Source: Candidatus Bathyarchaeota archaeon (GTDB lineage: Archaea > Thermoproteota > Bathyarchaeia > Bathyarchaeales > Bathycorpusculaceae). From it: 64,000 bases of DNA. A program made the translations under genes and the position numbers. The notes beneath the pieces were generated by a model. The model searched no databases. It saw nothing but the letters and a program-made list of their open reading frames with translations, and was not told where the DNA came from. The stretch lies in contig CAVRFW010000012.1 of the NCBI GenBank assembly GCA_963720565.1, positions 84,984 to 148,983 on the forward strand. The letters run 5' to 3'. Shown here in pieces: positions 55,238 to 64,000 of this stretch. Every line of letters begins with the position of its first letter. Within the stretch, counting starts at the first letter, position 1.

Positions 55238-56503
55238 ATGGCTTTAGACGTGGTCCTGAGAGGAACAGTAACCATTTGCATCTTGGTTTTTTCAGCCAAG
55301 GTTTTGGGCGAAGTTTTCTCGTGGAGAAAAATTCCGTCGGTTTTGGGCGAGTTGCTTGCCGGAATGCTTCTTGGACCTTACGCCTTCGGTTCCCTCATAA
55401 CAATAAACGGTGTGCCTCTAATTGAGACAAACGAAATTGTCTTAGCATTCGGGGAAATCGGAGGCATACTGATCCTTTTCATAACTGGTCTGGAGATAAC
55501 GTTTAGAGATTTTCGAAAGGTCGGCAAAGCTGCTTTCACAATCGGAACAACCGGAGTTATTGTTCCCTTCATAATGGGGTACGCGCTCGCCCTTGCTTTT
55601 GGACTAAACACCATGACTGGCTTGGTAGTTGGTGCGGCACTGGTTGCTACAAGCATCTCTATCACCGCTTTGGTGCTAAGAGAAATTAATCAGGGCAGAA
55701 AACCAGAATCAAGAATGATGATCAGCGCCGCTGTGGTCGATGACGTGCTAGGACTGGCGATTTTAGGTGTCGTTGTCTCGTTCATTTCGACCTCAGCAAT
55801 TATCACTCCATTAAGCGTGATTACTGTAATTGCCACTTCTCTTGTGACATGGCTTGTTATGACAGTTTTCTCAGCGATTGTTCTTCCGAAAATAATTAAT
55901 TTCTTTTCAAAAGGAACAGAAGGAACACTTGATGCAGCAGCTACAGCGGCATGTTTTGGCGGTGCCGCGTTGGCAGCGTCTCTTGGTTTATCGCCTATTG
56001 TTGGTTCTTTTGCCGCAGGTATGGGTATTGCGAGCTCCAATATGATTGAGAAGATACGCGATTACACCGACAAAATAAGCATAATTTTCTCCCCGGTATT
56101 CTTTGCTTTGGCAGGCGCACAGTTTAACATCAGAAGCTTTTTCACTTCAGACTTGTTCTTCTACGTCTTCTTTGTAGCACTGGTTTTAGTGGCTGTTTTA
56201 AGCAAGATGGTTGGATGCGGAATCCCGGCTGCCTTCTTCTTGAAGGATCGCGCTAAGGGAGCTAAGGTAGGCTACGGAATGATATCACGGGGAGAAGTGG
56301 GACTTATAGTGGCAGGAGTTGCTATCTCGGCAGGAGCTATTTCACAAAGCACGTATGCAGCGATTTTGGGAATGATAATTGTAACCACTGGCTTGGCGCC
56401 TGTATTATTGAGAAGAGCCTGCGACAAGGAACCCCCTGAAGAAGCAACAACAGGAGAATATCCAGACGCGCCCGACTATATACCGAGCTATCCACTCGAA
56501 TAA
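55238..56503 (+). CDS. CPA2 cation:proton antiporter
   Basis: GELLAGMLLGP, ATSISIT, AAVVDDVLG, GMISRGEV. Confidence 0.92.
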   Translation: MALDVVLRGTVTICILVFSAKVLGEVFSWRKIPSVLGELLAGMLLGPYAFGSLITINGVPLIETNEIVLAFGEIGGILILFITGLEITFRDFRKVGKAAFTIGTTGVIVPFIMGYALALAFGLNTMTGLVVGAALVATSISITALVLREINQGRKPESRMMISAAVVDDVLGLAILGVVVSFISTSAIITPLSVITVIATSLVTWLVMTVFSAIVLPKIINFFSKGTEGTLDAAATAACFGGAALAASLGLSPIVGSFAAGMGIASSNMIEKIRDYTDKISIIFSPVFFALAGAQFNIRSFFTSDLFFYVFFVALVLVAVLSKMVGCGIPAAFFLKDRAKGAKVGYGMISRGEVGLIVAGVAISAGAISQSTYAAILGMIIVTTGLAPVLLRRACDKEPPEEATTGEYPDAPDYIPSYPLE

Positions 56504-56629
56504 GTGCGCGCTGCAGCTATTATTATCATAAAAAACTATAGAAAATTCAATTTATTATTGGAATTACGATTTGTTATCCTTATAGGCGAATTTTTATATC
56601 AGATCCGCCCTAATCATTTTGAGGAAGTC

Positions 56630-56914
56630 TTCACGCCAATAAGAGAGTTAACAGTTTCTGGTTCTGACGCGGTAAAAGTGGCTGATGCGCTTAATTCAAC
56701 AACGTATAGAATATTACAGCTGGTTTCTAAAGAGCCACTTGATGTTTCAACAATAGCAGAGAAGCTGGACATTAGTGAAGCTTATGTGAGTGAACAGATT
56801 CGCGGACTAGAAGACTTGAAGCTAATCCAAATCAGCTACGGTCGAGGCAAAAGAGGCATTAGAAAAATAAGCAAGCTAGCATTCGACAGAGTAACAATAG
56901 TCATTAAGCCTTAA
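56630..56914 (+). CDS. ArsR-like HTH regulator (start uncertain)
   Basis: ADALNSTTYRIL, STIAEKLDISEAYVSEQIRGLEDLKLI. Confidence 0.8.
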   Translation, partial: FTPIRELTVSGSDAVKVADALNSTTYRILQLVSKEPLDVSTIAEKLDISEAYVSEQIRGLEDLKLIQISYGRGKRGIRKISKLAFDRVTIVIKP

Positions 56915-57086
56915 TCAGAACTCTTACCGTGCGTCAACAACTTTTCCTTCTGTACATTTTTGGGCGCGCTGCGCCGTTTCTTCTTTGATTTCTTCTTGCT
57001 TTTGCAATATCGCCTAACCTTATCCACAATATATATAGATAAAAACTTATAAATATTGGGAGATTACTATAGTATAATATCGCGCA

Positions 57087-57161
57087 TAGCGCACGCTGAA
57101 TTGACAACAACGGAACTCCACTTCGGGGGGGAAAATAAGAAGCGGGGAGAGGCGAGCGCTA
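57087..57161 (+). ncRNA. Candidate structured 5' leader of the KamA-family gene
   Basis: 10-bp outer stem (9/10 paired) enclosing a C(UUCG)G hairpin, downstream of TTATAAATA. Confidence 0.3.
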
Positions 57162-57192
57162 ACACAATTATTGAATAAACGGAGGTTCTCGT

Positions 57193-58347
57193 ATGCCAGA
57201 GCATAAAACATTAGAGAAATGTCTAGTGAGTGTCAAACAACTGCTAAGGCATGCAAACCTATCTCCGAATGAAGCAAAAAGGCTAGAAGAAATAGTTCAA
57301 GTCCATCCTATGCGCATAAGCCCTTATTATCTTTCACTTGTCGACTGGAACGACCCCGATGATCCCATAAGGAGGATGGCTGTGCCTTCTGATGAAGAAT
57401 TGAACCTTGAAGGATTTTATGATACAAGCGGCGAAGCTGAAAACACTAAAGTGCATGGACTCCAACACAAGTATTCTGAAACCGCTTTGATATTGGTCAC
57501 AAACAGATGCGCCATGTACTGTAGGCATTGCTTTAGAAAACGTCTTGTTGGTCTTCAGACTGAGGAAATACTTAGACATTTTGAAGAAGCAGTTGACTAC
57601 ATTGCAGAGCATAAGGAAATAAACAATGTTCTAATTAGCGGCGGAGATCCGCTTGTGCTCAAGAACGAAATCATCGAAAGGTTTCTTGAGAAGCTGGAGA
57701 AAATAGATCATATTAATTTCATCAGAATCGGAAGCAGGGTTCCCGTTACTCTTCCAGATAGGCTTTCTGACAAGAAACTTCTGGCTATTTTCCGAAAATA
57801 CTCACGAAGCAATAAGAGGCTGTACGTGGTGACTCATTTCAATCATCCGCGGGAAATAACACCTCAATCCACTCAAGCCGTGAGTAATCTGCTCAAGGCA
57901 GGTGTTTTAGTTAGCAACCAGACGGTTCTGCTCAGAGGAGTCAATGATAATCCTCATACACTCGCAACGTTGATGAATAAGCTTGTGAGTATTGGCGTGG
58001 CACCTTACTATGTTTTTCAGTGCCGCCCTGTGAAAAGGGTTAAGCATCATTTTCAGATTCCCATTTGTGAAGGGGTGCGGATAGTGGAGAAGGCGAAAGC
58101 AGAGTGCAATGGTCTTAGTAAACGTTTCAAGTATATTATGTCGCATAAAACTGGAAAGATAGAGATAATTGGCATAATGGACGGGGAGGTTTACTTTAAG
58201 TATCATGAAGCAAGAGACAGGGAAAACTTGGGCGTCATGTTCAAGCGTTATGCAGATGAAGAGGCAGGTTGGCTGGATGACTTCAAAGACATAGAATGGT
58301 CTCCTATCGTAAAATCTGAAATTTTGTTTTCGCTAGCAGATTCGTAA
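57193..58347 (+). CDS. KamA-family radical SAM aminomutase
   Basis: DPIRR, GLQHKY, CAMYCRHCFRKR, SGGDPL, THFNHPRE, NQTVLLRGVND, GKIEI. Confidence 0.92.
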   Translation: MPEHKTLEKCLVSVKQLLRHANLSPNEAKRLEEIVQVHPMRISPYYLSLVDWNDPDDPIRRMAVPSDEELNLEGFYDTSGEAENTKVHGLQHKYSETALILVTNRCAMYCRHCFRKRLVGLQTEEILRHFEEAVDYIAEHKEINNVLISGGDPLVLKNEIIERFLEKLEKIDHINFIRIGSRVPVTLPDRLSDKKLLAIFRKYSRSNKRLYVVTHFNHPREITPQSTQAVSNLLKAGVLVSNQTVLLRGVNDNPHTLATLMNKLVSIGVAPYYVFQCRPVKRVKHHFQIPICEGVRIVEKAKAECNGLSKRFKYIMSHKTGKIEIIGIMDGEVYFKYHEARDRENLGVMFKRYADEEAGWLDDFKDIEWSPIVKSEILFSLADS

Positions 58348-58634
58348 CAGCTTTCGCCGCGAAGAAATACTTTTAGCCTCTAGACTTATGACAACCCTTC
58401 CTTTTTTCTCGTTCTTCTAAATTGCGCGTTTGCTCGGTTTTTTCGAGACCGCCCTCGATGATTCTGTAATCAGGTTCCACGTTGGGTCTTTGCGTGGGTT
58501 CGTTTAGTCTCGATGATGTGAATCTACACAATTATGTTTTGTCGTCTAGCCAGTTTAGAACAACAGTGCGCTTGTGTTTTCCTATGGGAAAGAATATTAG
58601 TTGAAAATGACAACAAATTATTGAAGCGATTACT

Positions 58635-58949
58635 GTGAATGATGAAACAAGTCGTGCTTATGTGCTCGTGACAATTCAGCCGGGGAAGGAGCAGGAGTTT
58701 GCCAACGAGATTTTGTCTAGGGGGTTGCTTTTTAATTCAAAAGTTGACAGGTTAGACTTCGTCCATGGCACGTTCGATTTTATTGTTTTGCTTTCCGGAA
58801 AAACACGCGATATAGATAGCCTAATAATACAAATGAGAAGGCTCCCTTATGTTCGAAAGACGGATACGCTTATCCCGTTTGAAATGCTCAGCTGGGAAGA
58901 TGTATCCTCGACCTCTGAGGAATCTCGATCTGCAAAATCCAGTACTTGA
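58635..58949 (+). CDS. Stand-alone Lrp/AsnC ligand-binding (RAM) domain
   Basis: AYVLVTIQPGKE, VHGTFDFIV, VRKTDTLI. Confidence 0.8.
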   Translation: MNDETSRAYVLVTIQPGKEQEFANEILSRGLLFNSKVDRLDFVHGTFDFIVLLSGKTRDIDSLIIQMRRLPYVRKTDTLIPFEMLSWEDVSSTSEESRSAKSST

Positions 58950-59050
58950 CCTTGATGACTCGTGAGATAGACAAGTGTGGCAAATCATCTGTAAGGATTA
59001 ATGGTGGCAATACAGTATGTATTTAACGTTGAAGAATCGTGAGGATTCGT

Positions 59051-59824
59051 ATGAGCAGTGGAAGTAACCGTATCTTCGTGCTGGTGACAATTCAGCCAGG
59101 AAAAGAGCAAGATTTCGTTTACGAAACAGGATCAGACGAGTTGATACTTAACTCTAAAGTTGACGATATGGTCTTCGTTCACGGCGCGTTTGACTTCCTT
59201 GTTAGCCTCTCCGGAAACACATACGACATAGACCGAAGAATAATTAACATGAGAAAACTGCCTTATGTGATAAGTACCGAAACACTGATTCCTTTCAAAT
59301 GGGAAATTCCACAAAAACCGCTCAAACCACTAAATGTTCCAGCGCCAGTTCCCGCTGCTTTGCCAAATTTTGAACTGAAAACTTACGGCGAAAAACCTAT
59401 TGTCCTCTACTCAACCAGAGGAGGGAACACGAAGAAAGTCGCGGAAGAAATTGCCTGCGAATTGAACTGCCCTATTAGAGAGGTAACCAAGGATTTCGAC
59501 TCTTCCTCCTTTAACCTGAACGAGTTTGACTTGGTACTAATTGGAACGGGAATTTATCAGGACCACCCAAACGAAAACATAATTCGCTTTCTTCGGTCAG
59601 CTGAGCTAGGCAATCAACAATTCGCCCTTTTCATGACTTGGCTTAGGCTCAGGACAGGCGACAAGGATATCTTCAACAAAATAGACCGACTTCTAGAGAG
59701 AAAAGGGAGAAAACTGCTCGAAAACTACTTTGAATGTTTCGGAGATCACTCAAACAAACATCCTAACAACCTGGAACTTGATGCCGCTAGAAAATGGGCT
59801 CGAAACATTGGCAAAAAAGCCTAA
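59051..59824 (+). CDS. Lrp/AsnC RAM domain fused to a flavodoxin-like domain
   Basis: VLVTIQPGKE...ISTETLI then VLYSTRGGNTKKVAE, DLVLIGTGIY. Confidence 0.8.
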   Translation: MSSGSNRIFVLVTIQPGKEQDFVYETGSDELILNSKVDDMVFVHGAFDFLVSLSGNTYDIDRRIINMRKLPYVISTETLIPFKWEIPQKPLKPLNVPAPVPAALPNFELKTYGEKPIVLYSTRGGNTKKVAEEIACELNCPIREVTKDFDSSSFNLNEFDLVLIGTGIYQDHPNENIIRFLRSAELGNQQFALFMTWLRLRTGDKDIFNKIDRLLERKGRKLLENYFECFGDHSNKHPNNLELDAARKWARNIGKKA

Positions 59825-59898
59825 CATCACCTTGCTTAGCATAAATTAGAGCACAAGCGCGCAAGTAGAAACGCCTCCGGTAGCCCTTTTCTTTCTGA

Positions 59899-62800
59899 TT
59901 ATTCTTCTGTTAGATGTGTTTCGTTCTTGACGTATTTTTGGCCGATCATCTTCTTTACCCTGAGGAACCTCGCGAGACCTTTGGCTGTTTCTTTCTCATA
60001 TAGGCTTATTTCTCCGTCGAACAAGCCCAGAACAGCTTCCAGTTCCTCTTGCGGATGCATCCTCGGGTTGACTACGGCAAGTGTGGTGAAGCCCTTTGAC
60101 TTCAGCGCTAGGAGCAGCGTACCCAGCCATCGTCTCGTATTGACGGCGTGGTGCTGCAGCAGAGCGTCTGAGACTATGTCTATACAGATTCTCCTCGATG
60201 CAGCAGCTGTCGGACCAAGGGCGCGGAAGGCCTTTGTCAATGTAATGTCTATTTCTGTCAGGTTCTCAACGCCCTTGAGCTTGAACACGTTCGGTGCGCT
60301 CTGGACCATGGTGTCGGCCTGAGGGTTGCATAGCAACAAGTAGAAGTTGGAAGGGTACTTTTCAGCCAGCTCCTTTGCGCTTGCAGCGTCTGTTGTTAGA
60401 AAGAAAGTGGTTTCTCCAGCTTCAGAGCCTGTCTCAAGGAAGCGCTTAGTGAGCAACAAAATCTCTTCGCTGGAAGGCGCACATAATGCTACGGCGTAGT
60501 TTTCCGGTATGCCTCCTAGCAGCAGACTGTCAAGTTCTAAGGTGCCCGTCGAAACTCTTCCCGGTAAAGCCTCATATGTGGGCTTAGCCAATTGAGCATT
60601 CACGGCAATCGGGTTGGCCTTAAACGTTTTTTTTCTTCCCAGGTCATCCATGTAGAGCACTACAGGGTTCAAATGGAAGTTGCCCGCTTTCGTCACTTCA
60701 AGCTTCATTTTGATCGTTTCAACTCGGAACCCTTCGATACCTTCTTCTCACATCACGACATCGCCATTTTTCAGGCTGCAGAAACCCGGGACAAAGCTTA
60801 ACCTTGAATTCAAGAGGAACTGCCCCCTCAACCTTGATGAGCGTGCCACGTCTCCTACCGACGTTGACCAGGTCACAACGTATCTCAAACTCTTCCCCAA
60901 CCTGAACCCTCCTGGGCATCATAAGGTTCAACTGCACGTTAGCGTGCCCAAACTTCGCCTCAGACTGCTGTAGAAACTGTTCGGTCATGTTCCTAGCTCT
61001 TTCACGAGGAACGCTCGCTGCTTCATGAAGACCCTGTTTCTCCAGAGCCCAAGCTACCATTTGCGAACTAAAGATTCCGATCCAGGGAGTATTAACACCC
61101 TTGTTTGCGCGCTCTTTGAGGGCTTGCTCCCCCTGCTCTCTCATTTCTTTGAAAACTTGATTTGCTTCTTCCCATCGGCCCTTTGGCAGTTAAATATATG
61201 CCCTTCGTGATGGCAGCTTGCCATGTGAGACTAGGGGTGGAAGTCTCTGGGGACAGCTCACACATTCTTTCGAAGTATGTTTCTGCCTTTTTCAAATCTC
61301 CAACTAGACTGTATTGGCGAGCAAGAGCCACGTTGACAGTGTTCTGAATATAATTTGCATCAGTTTTCTCGCTGTACTCCAACGCTTTCAGACTGTGAGA
61401 CAGGGCTTCCGCAAGTTTCCCCTCTTCCTCATCGAACCCTGCCAAAAACACACTTGCGAGAGCTAATTCGTCAAAAGCTCCTAGTTTCTCACCTATCCTG
61501 AGAACCTTGGCATATTCGCATCGTTCTTCCGGGAAAAGCCCGCTGAAGCTGAACCCTTCCCCCAGGTTTAGGGTTGCGACTATTTCCTTGCGGATATCGC
61601 CAAGTTCTCTGAATAAGGCAACGGAGCGCAGAAGGTGACCTAGACCCTTCACGCGCAAATCTTCATAAATGACTGAGAGGAGGTTCGCTTCTCTGCAGTG
61701 CCTCAGCGGTGTCGGCGAGGGAATTCTCTTCCTCAAACACCTTCAGCGCGGCGTCGATTTCCGCCAATTCCTGCTTAAGACCTCCGCGTCCCACCCAGGC
61801 CTAGGCGTGTCCAAGGTTGTTTATTATTCTTGCCATCTCCAGGCGGTCGTCCACGCCCAGCTCTTCAGCTCTCTTTGCGTACTCTATGAGGAGGTCAGGC
61901 CTGTCGCCCTTGGCGTAGGCGGCATCGGTGGCTTTTCTGAGGGCTGCGGAGCTTCACTGCTCCAGTTTCGGAGGCGGCAAGCTCATCAAACAGCTTTATA
62001 GCTTCGGCGTACATGGAGTTGGCAGCGTAAGCATCTCCCAGGTCCCTCCATCGCGGCTCTCTTCTCGTCGGCATGCCCTTCCTGAACGTTCTGGAGGGCG
62101 TATTGAAAGTGGGCGATGGCTTGGGTGTTGCTCCACCTAGCCAGGTCATCCTTCCCTGCAGCCAGAGCGTACTTCACTGATTTCTCCTTGTTTCCAGCCT
62201 GAGAAAAGTGATAAGCCAAGTCGCTCAAAGGCAACGCGGAGCTTCTGGTTCTTTCCAGATTTTCTGCGATTCTTGAGTGGTATCCGCGTTTGAGAGGTGG
62301 CGAAAGCCCCTCATAGAGGGTTTGCCGACTTGTTGCATGGTCAAACCTGTAGAAGTTCTCCTCTGCGCTCACTAATGAGGTGGAATTCGCGATTGCGTTA
62401 AGCGTTTCAAGAACCTCCAAGCTGTCTAGTTGGAGGACTGTGCTGAGGAGTTCTGCATCGAATTTCTCGCCGATCACTGAGGCGGCGTCAAGAACTCTTC
62501 GCTGTGCATACTTTAGCGTACCTAGTCTCCGCAGGATGATGTCTTTGATTTTGGTTGGTATGCCAAGATCGTCGATTGCGAGTCGCCACTGATTATTTTC
62601 TTGGAGTAGGCTCTTCTGTTCATGCAGCATGCGAAGGGACTCAACAACGAAGAGGGGATTGCCTCGACTTTCCGTGGCCAGTTTCTCTGCAAGCTTTTGC
62701 TGCAGGCTGCCTCTCATCATTGTCTTCAGCTATCTTGGAGACTTCGTCTTGGCCGAGACTGGCAGAGTTTTATTTCAGTGAAGAGGTCTTCACGTCTCAT

Positions 62801-63479
62801 CAAGCGCATTATTTCAGCCAGCGGGTGGGGTCGCCCTTCAGAGTCAGCTGTTAATTCTTCGCTTCTGAAAGTGGCGAGTAACAAGAATTCTCTCAGAGTT
62901 GTTTACGGTTCTTGCGATGTAGTTCAGGAGTGCTAGTGAAGCGGAATCAGCCCAGTGAATATCCTCGATGAACAGGATGAGGGGTTGTTGAGTGGATACG
63001 GAGTGAAGCGTCTTGGCTACTCCTGCGTAGACTTGGTCTTTCCAAACTTGAGGTGAAACAACCGCAGGCTTTCCTGCCCTTTCAGCCCAGTTTGCTCCTG
63101 TTAGCCAGGCGGTTATTCCGCGTTCCCTGTTTATCATCTGTGAGGCGCCTGCGAGACCGAGCGCTGTCCCTGGTTGCACGCCGACGAAAGTTCTTCTTCT
63201 TCGAAAGAGGCAAAAAAGGAGTTAAATGCTTCCACGAACGGGAAATAGGGAGCTGCGGAGTCACTGAGGCACCAGCCGGCCGTCAGCACCCACGCCTTTC
63301 TTCGCGCAGCGGCTTTGAGGAATTCGCGGGCGAGTCTGGTTTTTCCGCTACCGGCTTCACCCGATAGGAAAACGGTTTTTCCCTTTCCTTGTAGGGCCGA
63401 ATCTAGAGAAGATTCTAAATGCTCCAGTTCCCGTTTTCGCCCCACCATGACTGGCTCGGGCTAGAATTCCCGCCTTCAT
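59899..63479 (-). CDS. Large STAND-like AAA ATPase with TPR-like, Ig-like and degenerate KaiC/RecA-type domains (many frameshifts)
   Basis: VGRKRELE, GEAGSGKT, FIEDIHWAD, GNPLFV, FDH; helical repeats; RVSTGTLELDSLLLGGIP C-domain. Confidence 0.8.
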
Positions 63480-63616
63480 AGGAAAACCGTCCAACGCGCG
63501 TTCCCATTAGAGAACGTTGACTTCTATCCTTCGCATATTGAAGTTAATTGCTGAAAAGCTTTTTTGTCATTTTCTTCGAAGTTGGAATTGAGTCGCTTTG
63601 GGTTACTATCTTTTTG

Positions 63617-64000
63617 TCAGAGGGGCCAGCCTTTGATCCAGGCAATGTGATAAACGAGGTAGCGCGTGGATGCTCCGGAACGTTGCAATCCCGGAGCCTT
63701 TGACGCGTTTGAATATTCCGGTGCCGACCAATTGGAAGTTGCCGATGTTTTCGGCGTGGCTGAAGTCTGGTTTGGGGAGAATAGATGCAGCCAGAGTTTT
63801 TCAGCTCCACCAGCCCGGTGAGAGTTGGGTTTCCAGGCAAGTTTTTGAATTGCAGGGTTTCCTTAATCATGTCCATACCGTTGCCTGTGACCTCGTTGAG
63901 TTCATGAGTGGAAGGTATAATGGAAGTCGAAATCCTTGGGGAAAGTGTACACCGTGCCCTTTATCGTGACATTGGCCATCGCTACAGCGGTGGTTGGAAC
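63617..64000 (-). CDS. Hypothetical protein, 3' part (frameshifted, 5' end outside window)
   Basis: Reconstructed ...GNFQLVGTGIFKRVKGSG...YHIAWIKGWPL*. Confidence 0.5.

Noticed and set aside
57094..57165. c-di-AMP (ydaO) riboswitch, suggested by CGCTGAAT...GGAAC...GGGG
   Set aside because: Too short and lacks the recognisable 3' half; kept only as a generic leader candidate.
2856..63479. Widespread programmed frameshifting or mass pseudogenisation
   Set aside because: Indels hit unrelated and probably essential genes (glmM, glmU) with no shared slippery motif; uncorrected long-read error is simpler.

Overview
Archaeal chromosomal window, most likely Bathyarchaeia (inferred from gene families, TATA/GGTGA signals and PT-linker surface proteins). 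Many genes carry single-base frameshifts, best explained as long-read assembly errors, so they are reported as reconstructed CDSs. Housekeeping content: presenilin-type protease, AlaX, citrate synthase, Na/Pi symporter, TldD/TldE, class II aldolase, GlmM/GlmU, Dpp ABC operon, P-type ATPase, M16 peptidase, radical SAM enzymes and a large STAND-like ATPase. Most notable: (1) an AGCGCRC(G) motif concentrated in intergenic DNA that also sits at breakpoints of truncated genes; (2) a small wHTH-Cys4 gene inside ~50-bp imperfect inverted repeats ending in that motif; (3) a sulfur/Fe-S cluster (HTH, cysK, dsrE, tusA, iscS lacking its PLP lysine, iscU, TRASH, CDGSH) with a shared TATAAC-N3-GTTATA operator; (4) paralogous membrane proteins with polybasic tails; (5) C2H2 and TRASH micro-proteins missing from the ORF track and a tRNA-like remnant. 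No rRNA, intact tRNA, CRISPR array, transposase or integrase was recognised.
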